A DNA stretch of 64,000 bases from an uncultured Candidatus Saccharibacteria bacterium (GTDB lineage Bacteria > Patescibacteriota > Doudnabacteria > UBA920), in NCBI GenBank assembly GCA_964490395.1, contig CAZBAS010000003.1, forward strand, positions 8,636 through 72,635. The letters are read 5' to 3'. Shown one piece after another: positions 1 through 7,690 of this stretch. Position 1 is the stretch's first letter. Each line of letters starts with the position of its first letter. The translations under genes and the position numbers were made by a program. Below the pieces are notes generated by a model, which was given only the letters and a program-made list of their open reading frames with translations, did not search any database and was not told the origin of the DNA.

Positions 1-260
1 CGTACAACTAACCGGGAAAGATGCAGGCACAAGCAAAGACATTACCGCATCGCTCTCTGAGCTCTCTACCACCGACGGCCCGAACGGGAACAATGACGGG
101 ATAGTGCAGCAGTAAGCGGGAAGCGCTTATTTCCAATCCTTTGTTCTTGATCTGTAATTACAAGACCAGACATGTTTGTCTGGTCTTGTTAATGGACGGT
201 GGGTTTATCGTTATCATTGGGAACCGCGAAGTCCTAACATAAATTCGTTGCCATGCAGAT

Positions 261-1568
261 TTATGGTGTAAGGCGTTTAACTCCACGATAGAGGTAGGAT
301 GCTTCTCGGATGCTTTCAAGCCCTAGTATCTTCATTATCATACGTTCTGCACCAGCTCCGAGGCCGCCATGCGGCGGACAGCCGTACTTAAAGAAGTCAA
401 AGTAGAATTGCATTGACTCTGGTCTTACTCCTCGGTCTCGTGCCTGCTTGAGTAATACTTCGTATCGATGCTCACGTTGTGCCCCTGTGGTTACTTCTAT
501 GCCATTCCAGAGTAAGTCGAATCCTTTAGTAATACCAGGCCTGTCTTCGAATTGCATGTGGTAGAATGCTCGTGCGTGTGCCGGATACTCTGTAACAAAT
601 ACAAACTCGTGCCCATATTTTTCTTTAATATATTCTGAAAGTTTCCGTTCTTCCTCAGGACTTAAGTCACCTTCTTTTTCAGAAGTAACACCTATACCAG
701 TTAGCACTTTCTTTGCCTCTTCCATCGTTATCTGTGGAAAGGGGAGAGTTGGTACAGTGAGTTCACGGTTGTATCGTTCTTGTATTTCTTCACCATACTT
801 TTCTTTCACTTTTGCAATAGTATACGCAAGCATCTGTTCTTCTTCTTGGATAATGTCCTGGTGCGATTCAATGAATGATTTTTCTAAGTCGAACCCTTGG
901 AACTCAGTAGCATGGCGTGTGGTAAAGGATGGCTCGGCACGAAACACTGGGCTAATTTCAAATACTTTTTCAAAACCTGCTGCCATAGCCATTTGTTTGT
1001 AGAACTGTGGCGATTGAGCAAGATATGCTTTGCGTTCAAAGTATTTTACTTCAAAAAGTTCAGCGCCACTTTCACTGGGGCTACTCATGAGTTTTGGGGA
1101 ATGTATTTCTATGTAGGAGCGTTCAATGCAGTATTCCACTAGTGCTCGCTGGAATTCGGTCCACACCTTGTATATGAGCTGCCGTTCGGGCTTGCGTAAG
1201 TCGAGAAAACGCCAGTCAAGTCGTATTTGTTGGTCTGGTTCTGTTTCACCTTTTTCAACTATTGGGATTGGGAGTTCAGGTTCTGCATGCGAGAGCACTG
1301 CAATTTGTTCGGCAACGACTTCAACCCCAGTAAATACTTTTTCTTCCAGTTTTGGCGTGCCGTGTATCTCCACCACACTTTCCAAAGTCAAAGACTTCGC
1401 TGCTTCCAGTAATTGTTTATTTGCGACGACAACTTGCGTGAGGCCTGTTATATCTCTCAGTACAATAAATAATATACCGCCTTGGTCCCGGATGGTTTGT
1501 ACCCAGCCTTGCAGCTTAACGGGCTCACCAATTTTTTCTTTGAGTTGTGAAATGAATGTTCGTTCCAT
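261..1568 (-). CDS. aspS: Aspartate--tRNA ligase, archaeal/eukaryal-type class IIb aaRS (possibly non-discriminating; Asn specificity not excluded)
   Basis: 435 aa. N-terminal OB anticodon-binding region (KLQGWVQTIRDQGGILFIVLRD) and the LDWRFLDLRKP motif both resemble archaeal AspRS. Class II motif 2 FRAEPSFTTRHATEF and motif 3 GGLGAGAERMIM are present. Confidence 0.6.
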   Translation of the reverse strand: MERTFISQLKEKIGEPVKLQGWVQTIRDQGGILFIVLRDITGLTQVVVANKQLLEAAKSLTLESVVEIHGTPKLEEKVFTGVEVVAEQIAVLSHAEPELPIPIVEKGETEPDQQIRLDWRFLDLRKPERQLIYKVWTEFQRALVEYCIERSYIEIHSPKLMSSPSESGAELFEVKYFERKAYLAQSPQFYKQMAMAAGFEKVFEISPVFRAEPSFTTRHATEFQGFDLEKSFIESHQDIIQEEEQMLAYTIAKVKEKYGEEIQERYNRELTVPTLPFPQITMEEAKKVLTGIGVTSEKEGDLSPEEERKLSEYIKEKYGHEFVFVTEYPAHARAFYHMQFEDRPGITKGFDLLWNGIEVTTGAQREHRYEVLLKQARDRGVRPESMQFYFDFFKYGCPPHGGLGAGAERMIMKILGLESIREASYLYRGVKRLTP

Positions 1569-1574
1569 AGTATT

Positions 1575-1830
1575 AGTACTAATTAAAAAACCCTTACAAA
1601 ACAGCCTAGAAAAGACTATCTTGTAAGGGCGTTCTATAAAATATAGGGCGCTGTGCCACCTTACTTTATTTACCAGTTACCTGGTAAATCTTAAGACCGC
1701 AAGTTACGGTCATCTGCTATAACGGGCTTACCCGTAGAGTTCTATTTGCCTATCGATTGTGATCGGAGGTGTTCTTCTCTCAGCTCGGCTGTGTCATCAG
1801 CGTCAAAGCTTTTCTTATTAATTTATTGTA
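1575..1830 (-). promoter_or_regulatory. Candidate T-box riboswitch leader upstream of aspS
   Basis: On the minus strand the sequence AAGTAAGGTGGCACAGCGCC (plus-strand coordinates 1647-1666) matches the T-box consensus AAnnnGGGUGGnACCGCG. Its GTAAGG can pair with CCTTAC in the 5' arm of a downstream terminator hairpin (CCCTTACAA...TTGTAAGGG followed by U6, plus-strand coordinates 1585-1629), which would give the antiterminator/terminator alternative. A GA-rich GAGAGAAGAAC element resembling stem I lies upstream. Confidence 0.45.
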
Positions 1831-1977
1831 CGATACCACATCCTGCACCGTTTGTCTATTAGCTAAGGTAATTTATCCTATACGTAAGAAAAAACTATCT
1901 TGTTTAAGATGGCTTTTCCTAGCACTGATGTATGCACTAGGTTTAGACATGTTCTATATTTTTTGATTTTAGAAATG

Positions 1978-2020
1978 ATAAAAAAAGACTTCTGCAGATG
2001 CAGAAGTCTTGATTTTTTGA
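1978..2020 (-). terminator. Rho-independent terminator downstream of the LysM/CHAP gene (hairpin with A/T runs on both sides, so possibly bidirectional)
   Basis: Hairpin aagacttctgca-gatg-cagaagtctt with flanking a7 and t6 runs. Confidence 0.55.
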
Positions 2021-2022
2021 GA

Positions 2023-3267
2023 CTATTTTGGATAGACGAACCCAGCGACGTCGTCTACGGAAAGGGTGCGGTGGGTTATTTTGTAGAGGCCTTCGTAGTT
2101 CATTTCGGAGATGTTGAAGGTGCCATTGGCGTTCACCGATTCTACGTAGGCAACGTGTCCATAAGGGCCGCCGTACATAACTGCAGCGCTTCCGGCCATA
2201 GGGATTTTACCAGTGCGGTAGCCTGCTGCTGCACCGTTGCGAAGCCATGCTTTGGCGTTGCCGTGGAAGGTAATAACCATTTTCTTTGCTACGTACCAGG
2301 TGCAGTTTCCTTTTACAAAGGAGTTTATAGTTCCTTCTATGTCTGGGATAGAGCTATAGTTTACACCAATGGAACGTTTTGCCGTTGGGGTAGGTGCTAG
2401 TGGTTTTGGTGGAGTTGGTACGGTTCCGTCTGGACACATTACGTACTGACCTGCCTCTACACTGTCCGCACCAGCGAGTCCATTGTAGGAAATAATGCGC
2501 TCTTCCGGGCACTTGAATTTACGGGCAATTCCGGCAATGGTGGTGTCTTCATCGGCTTTGATTAATACTCCTTTGACACTTGGAATAACCAAGAACCAGC
2601 CTGGCTTGATGGTATCGCTGGTCAAGTTGTTTGACCATTTGATGGTGTTTATATCTATATCGTGTTCTTTGGCAATAGACGCTATGGTGTCTCCGGATTT
2701 TGTTTCGTAGACAGTAATTTGGTTGTTGAGCAGAGGTTTAATGCTGTCGAGGGTGCTCGCGGCTAAACCTTCTTTGTCTATGGTGGTAATATTGCTATTT
2801 GTTATAGTTGCACCTGCGACTTCTGTAGTAGGGGTGGGTGCCAGCTGCTCGTCAGCTTGCGCTTCTGGGATAAGGCTGCTTGGTGCAATAGTAGTCGTGG
2901 TGCTAAATAACTTTGTATATAAAGAAACGTTTGTGCGGGCATGCCTCGAAAGGCCAACAGCGAAAAGGCTGTTGTCGTGCTTTGCGAGCGATGCATGGCT
3001 AATCAAAACATTCGCCAAGATGATGATAAGTCCCAGGCCAATAAGAACACACTCATCAGCAAACCTGAGCATGAGCTTTTGCCAGGGCAGTCGGGCAAGT
3101 CTCGTTGCAGGATAGGTGAGGAGGCTATCTACTCCTGCATTCTTAATAACGCCAGCAAGCTGCTGAGCATTCTGTGTAAATTTTTGAGAAAAGCTTTCTG
3201 AATCAGTAGGGCTTTGTGGTTTGAGTCGTTCCACTGATACTTTGTGCTTTGAAGGTATTGGGTTCAA
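2023..3267 (-). CDS. Membrane-anchored peptidoglycan hydrolase with LysM repeats and a C-terminal CHAP domain
   Basis: N-terminal TM helix. LysM-like segments TVYETKSGDTIASIAKEHDIDINTIKWSNNL and DTTIAGIARKFKCPEERIISYNGL. C-terminal CHAP-like region with a Cys/His pair (GNCTWYVAKK...YGHVAYVESV). Confidence 0.7.
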   Translation of the reverse strand: MNPIPSKHKVSVERLKPQSPTDSESFSQKFTQNAQQLAGVIKNAGVDSLLTYPATRLARLPWQKLMLRFADECVLIGLGLIIILANVLISHASLAKHDNSLFAVGLSRHARTNVSLYTKLFSTTTTIAPSSLIPEAQADEQLAPTPTTEVAGATITNSNITTIDKEGLAASTLDSIKPLLNNQITVYETKSGDTIASIAKEHDIDINTIKWSNNLTSDTIKPGWFLVIPSVKGVLIKADEDTTIAGIARKFKCPEERIISYNGLAGADSVEAGQYVMCPDGTVPTPPKPLAPTPTAKRSIGVNYSSIPDIEGTINSFVKGNCTWYVAKKMVITFHGNAKAWLRNGAAAGYRTGKIPMAGSAAVMYGGPYGHVAYVESVNANGTFNISEMNYEGLYKITHRTLSVDDVAGFVYPK

Positions 3268-3759
3268 GGTGGTATTCCGTTTCTCGTACTCTGTCCGGTC
3301 TGTGCTATGGGTAGTCCTGTAATGCTATAAGTACGTATGTTCGTGATGTCCGAGCGTCCTATGCGTTATTCTGTGGGACGTAAGGATAATGTCTGAACAA
3401 GTGAATATGCTGGTCCGCTCAATAATAATTAAAAATTAATATAGATACCGAAGCGAATTGCATGACAAGATTAATTTTATGGGTAGTTAGACCTGCATGC
3501 AAGGCGCGCGGTGGATAAGCGCCAGTTCTAAGTATACTTAAGCTAAAAAAAGTATTTTAGCTCTAATATAAGCACTAAATTGGGTTTTTGCACTTGCATA
3601 TTTTTGGAAACTAGTTTTCAAAAAATGTATTTGAGAACCTGGAATATGCCTGTATACTGTAAAAGCAGCCGCGTGGTCTAGGTATGGTATGTAAGCACAA
3701 GCGGTATATACGTGTATGAGAAGAAGACCTACTGTAGGGCTATGCCTTAACTATTTTTT

Positions 3760-6000
3760 GTGGAATCACGTCTCGATTTAACTATATTGAATAATAGACA
3801 AAGAGAAGCGGTTACTGCGCCACCAGGACCGCTTTTAGTGCTTGCCGGAGCTGGGAGTGGTAAAACTCGGGTACTTGCCTACAGAATTGTCTATATAATA
3901 GAGCAAGGTATGGTTGCCCCGGACCACGTGTTGGCTCTAACCTTTACCAACAAGGCCGCAAAGGAGATGCGGGAGCGAGTGCATACACTGCTTAGCAGTC
4001 AGAATGTAGTAGTCAGTAGTCAGTTTCAGGAACCGACAACCGACAACCGACAACCGACAACTGCTTTACCTACCTTGAGCACCTTTCATAGCCTGGGGGT
4101 AAAAATGCTGAGGCAGCATGGGTATGTTTTAGGACTGCCTAGGGTGTTTGCCATTTTAGATACTGAAGATCAGTTGAAGCTACTAAAAGAGGTCTTTGTG
4201 GCACAGAATATAGATGAGTCCATAAAGCCGCAGGTAGTGCTCCATTTTATCCATGGCATCAAAAATAGCGGTATGGCTGCTGAGGAAGCTGCGGCTGGCC
4301 TTCGGGGGTATATGGCCCAGCAGTTTATTGCGGCGTATTATGGATACCAGGCTGAGTTACATAAACAAGGCAGTGTAGATCTTGATGATCTTATTTTGCT
4401 TCCTGTTAAGTTACTTTCCGAATTCCCTGAAGTGCGGAGTTATTACCAAAACCGTTTTCGATATATTTTAGTTGATGAATACCAAGATACAAACCCTATT
4501 CAATATAAATTTTTACGTCAGTTGTCGCCGCCAGCACCGCTCTTTGTAGTGGGAGATGATGCGCAGAGCATTTATGGATTTAGGGGAAGTGACATTGCCA
4601 ATATCTTGAACTTTGAAAGAGACTTTCCGGAGAGCAAGGTTGTAGTACTAGACCAGAACTATCGTTCCACCCAGAGTATTCTGGCGGTAGCAGACAGAGT
4701 ACTACAGCATAGCGCAGAGCAGAAACCAAAAGTATTATGGACGGAGAACTCTGTGGGTCAAAAAGTGTGGGTGAAAGAACTCTCCAATGAAACTGCAGAA
4801 ACGGATTTTATAGTTGAACATATTATAGCTCTGGCCACCGAGTCGGATGGGGGTGGGGTGGCTGGGGGTGAGACAGAAGAAGTAGAAGATGTTGTTGAGG
4901 AAGATGATCGGCCATTTTCGGTTTTGGACTATATGCTGGGTCAAAAGAAGAGGGGTGCGCATACGGGAGCATCTTTTTCGAGCGCTCGATTGCCTGCTCA
5001 ACACGGGCCGTTGTCCCGGTATGCAGTATTGTATCGAACACATGCACAGTCTCGAGTTTTGGAAGCAGGCCTTCTCGCTGCGGGGATTCCATACAAAATT
5101 GTTGGTGGAGTACGGTTTTTTGACCGAAAAGAAATAAAAGACGCTATAAGCTTTCTCCGGGTGCTGGTAAATGTTCGTGATGGTATAGCGTTGGCAAGGG
5201 CTTTGGGCGTACCCGCAAAGGGTGTGGGGGATAAAACAATAGCATTGGTAAAAGATGTTATATATGGTCAGCACGTAGAGCAGACTACTGAGTGGGGTGT
5301 AACAGAAAATAGTCTCCTTATAGAGCGCGTGCAAGGCGGGCTGGGGGGGTTGCCAAATACAAAAGCCAAGACTGCAGTGGCGGCATTCTTCAGTATGGTA
5401 AGAGGCTGGGCAGCTGTTCCCCTAGATATGCCATTGCATGAATTGCTCCAGCGGATACTAACTGAATCGGGCCTGCTAGCGCACTACAAAGCAGAAGGGG
5501 AGGCGGGTGAGGTGCGGGTGGAAAACCTTCGAGAGCTAATATCGGTGGCACAGAATTTTTCGGCCCAGCCATGGCCACTAGGGCTTGCAGATTTTTTGGA
5601 AGAGGTTGCGCTTATGTCTGACCTGGATACTGTTGCTGACTCAGATGATGCTGTCACGCTTATGACACTCCATGGCGCCAAAGGGCTTGAATTTGATGTA
5701 GTATTTTTTGCGGGACTAGAAGAGGGGCTTTTGCCCCACAGTAGAAGCATGCTGGATCCAAAGGCCTTTGCAGAAGAAGTGCGACTGGCGTATGTAGGTG
5801 TAACTAGGGCGCGCCACGAACTGTATTTAACATATGTGCGTCAGCGAGGTATTTTTGGAGAATCTCGCTTGGCAGTGCCATCCCGTCTGCTTAGGGAGCT
5901 GCCCGAAAGTGCAGTGCAGTGGAAAAGTGGCAGACCAAAATCGTTGCCCGCAAGTAGTATGAATGACGGCGGGGTAGAGTATGAACCTTTTCAAGACTAA
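3760..6000 (+). CDS. pcrA: ATP-dependent DNA helicase PcrA/UvrD family
   Basis: Walker A GAGSGKTRVL, DEYQDTN (motif II), the QNYRST motif, and a C-terminal VTRAR region. Acidic and low-complexity insertions are also present. Confidence 0.85.
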   Translation: MESRLDLTILNNRQREAVTAPPGPLLVLAGAGSGKTRVLAYRIVYIIEQGMVAPDHVLALTFTNKAAKEMRERVHTLLSSQNVVVSSQFQEPTTDNRQPTTALPTLSTFHSLGVKMLRQHGYVLGLPRVFAILDTEDQLKLLKEVFVAQNIDESIKPQVVLHFIHGIKNSGMAAEEAAAGLRGYMAQQFIAAYYGYQAELHKQGSVDLDDLILLPVKLLSEFPEVRSYYQNRFRYILVDEYQDTNPIQYKFLRQLSPPAPLFVVGDDAQSIYGFRGSDIANILNFERDFPESKVVVLDQNYRSTQSILAVADRVLQHSAEQKPKVLWTENSVGQKVWVKELSNETAETDFIVEHIIALATESDGGGVAGGETEEVEDVVEEDDRPFSVLDYMLGQKKRGAHTGASFSSARLPAQHGPLSRYAVLYRTHAQSRVLEAGLLAAGIPYKIVGGVRFFDRKEIKDAISFLRVLVNVRDGIALARALGVPAKGVGDKTIALVKDVIYGQHVEQTTEWGVTENSLLIERVQGGLGGLPNTKAKTAVAAFFSMVRGWAAVPLDMPLHELLQRILTESGLLAHYKAEGEAGEVRVENLRELISVAQNFSAQPWPLGLADFLEEVALMSDLDTVADSDDAVTLMTLHGAKGLEFDVVFFAGLEEGLLPHSRSMLDPKAFAEEVRLAYVGVTRARHELYLTYVRQRGIFGESRLAVPSRLLRELPESAVQWKSGRPKSLPASSMNDGGVEYEPFQD
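4031..4058 (+). repeat. 7-nt microsatellite (AACCGAC)x4 inside pcrA, preceded by (GTAGTCA)x2
   Basis: The tandem heptamer is read directly from the sequence at 4031-4058. It encodes the EPTTDNRQPTT insertion. Confidence 0.8.
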
Positions 6001-6083
6001 GTGGAAAGTTCATAAAGTTCTTAAAGTGTAAAGTAATTCACTTTATGTACTTTCATACTTTATGAACTTTAAGAACTAATACT
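6001..6083 (+). promoter_or_regulatory. Conserved inverted-repeat element upstream of rsmA: GAAAGTTCATAAAGT ... ACTTTATGAACTTTAAGAACT
   Basis: A 14-bp inverted repeat, AAAGTTCATAAAGT and ACTTTATGAACTTT, flanks a TAAAGT-rich core. A near-identical element occurs at 18181-18265. Confidence 0.6.
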
Positions 6084-6938
6084 ATGACTATTGAACAATT
6101 ACAAACTCTCTTACATACGTACCACTTGAGGCCGGATAAAAAGTTTGGTCAGAACTTTTTGCTTGATGACAGTGTCCTGGATAAGATGGTCGATGCGGCG
6201 CAGGTAGGCGCGCAGGATTTAGTTCTGGAAATAGGGCCAGGTATAGGCAATTTGACTCAAAAGTTGTCAGAAAAAGCAGGGGCGGTGTTGGCCGTAGAAA
6301 AGGATCTTCGACTCCAGGAGCTATTGGGTGATTTGGGGAAAAAACATGCGAATATGCATGTAGCGTTTTCAGATGTACTTCATTATGACTTTGCTGCAGC
6401 GCTACAGAAGCTAGCAGGAGACGCTGGGCCGGTCCCCGTTTCGTATAAAGTGGTGGCCAATATACCATATTATGTTACGGGTAAAATAGTTCAAATCTTT
6501 TTGCGCGCACCGAGTAAGCCGCTCAGTATAACTGTGCTCGTACAAAAAGAGGTTGCGGAAAGTATAGTGGCAAAGCCTGGCAACAACAACTTATTGGCAC
6601 TTTCCGTTCAACTTATAGGATCTCCCCGTATTGTGTGTATGGTTCCGGCTACTAGTTTCCATCCTGCTCCAAAAGTGCAGAGCGCTGTGGTGCATATTGA
6701 TATTCCCACGACTGCACCGTATGGTGAGGTTGATGAGAAAGCATTTTTTAGAGTTGCCCGTTCTTGTTTTGCAGGAAAACGAAAACAAATCCACAATACT
6801 TTATCTAACAACTTACGTTTGGCTCCAGATGTTGTAGTTGCTGTGCTCAAAACCGTTGCCATAGCTCCTGCTGCTCGTCCTCAAGATTTGTCCGTTGAGC
6901 AGTTTATAGAATTGTCTCGGGCAATTTCCCAGCTATAG
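6084..6938 (+). CDS. rsmA: 16S rRNA (adenine1518/1519-N6)-dimethyltransferase RsmA/KsgA
   Basis: KKFGQNFLLDD motif and the SAM-binding segment LEIGPGIGNLT. The 284-aa length is typical. Confidence 0.85.
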   Translation: MTIEQLQTLLHTYHLRPDKKFGQNFLLDDSVLDKMVDAAQVGAQDLVLEIGPGIGNLTQKLSEKAGAVLAVEKDLRLQELLGDLGKKHANMHVAFSDVLHYDFAAALQKLAGDAGPVPVSYKVVANIPYYVTGKIVQIFLRAPSKPLSITVLVQKEVAESIVAKPGNNNLLALSVQLIGSPRIVCMVPATSFHPAPKVQSAVVHIDIPTTAPYGEVDEKAFFRVARSCFAGKRKQIHNTLSNNLRLAPDVVVAVLKTVAIAPAARPQDLSVEQFIELSRAISQL

Positions 6939-7113
6939 CATTGGCGAGCGGGTGGTAGTAGGTGAAAAATTGAATCATGCTCCATGCGGAGAGGTAGCGT
7001 GTTCAGTTAATATTAGGCATGCATTACACCATATATTTTTACCGTCATTAGGAAAAGTGCTATACTGAAACTAAATTAGGTAAGGTTATTTAGAAATAAA
7101 ATTATATTCACTT

Positions 7114-7689
7114 ATGAATACGAAGAAGCTTCTTGTGCTCACTGCCAGCATCGCGCTGCTTGCAGCTGGCTGTTCTAAAGCTAAAACCCCGGCGCAAACT
7201 CCACCTCCAGCAACTGCTCCTGCACCTACCCCTGCGGCTGCTATACAGGAATTTGACCCGGCGCAGGACTGGATTCGGTTTTACCCAGGCGAAACTACTA
7301 AGTTTAATTTGGCTATTGCCAAGACCTGGACAGGTGATGACGATGCAACCGATACTCACTTTGTACTAAGGTCACGAGTGGGTGCGGATGGAACTGCTCC
7401 CGATGACATGATTTTTGACTTTACTGTAGCCCCACTCACTGCGGGAACTCTTTCTGAACAAGTATCAGCCAATATAAAAAGTGCAAAAAGTTCAGGCCCC
7501 GTTGTGGTGAGCAAAACGGATACAGGTGCGCAATATGCATTTGCTCCAATTATTGATTCCGCAGGAAAGTCTGCGCTCGTCTTTGCTGTGCAATACCCTG
7601 GAACTCAATACATAAAAGTGAAAGTCACTGGTAACATTACGCATCCGTATATTGGTCGAGTGATGCAGAGTATTGTCCTAATGAAGTAG
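7114..7689 (+). CDS. Putative lipoprotein
   Basis: Signal peptide with the lipobox LLAAGC, followed by a Pro/Ala-rich linker. Confidence 0.5.
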   Translation: MNTKKLLVLTASIALLAAGCSKAKTPAQTPPPATAPAPTPAAAIQEFDPAQDWIRFYPGETTKFNLAIAKTWTGDDDATDTHFVLRSRVGADGTAPDDMIFDFTVAPLTAGTLSEQVSANIKSAKSSGPVVVSKTDTGAQYAFAPIIDSAGKSALVFAVQYPGTQYIKVKVTGNITHPYIGRVMQSIVLMK

Positions 7690-7690
7690 G

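Noticed and set aside
1769-2400. Plus-strand ORFs of 65 aa and 166 aa
   Set aside because: The first lies in the putative T-box leader of aspS and the second is antisense to the LysM/CHAP gene.
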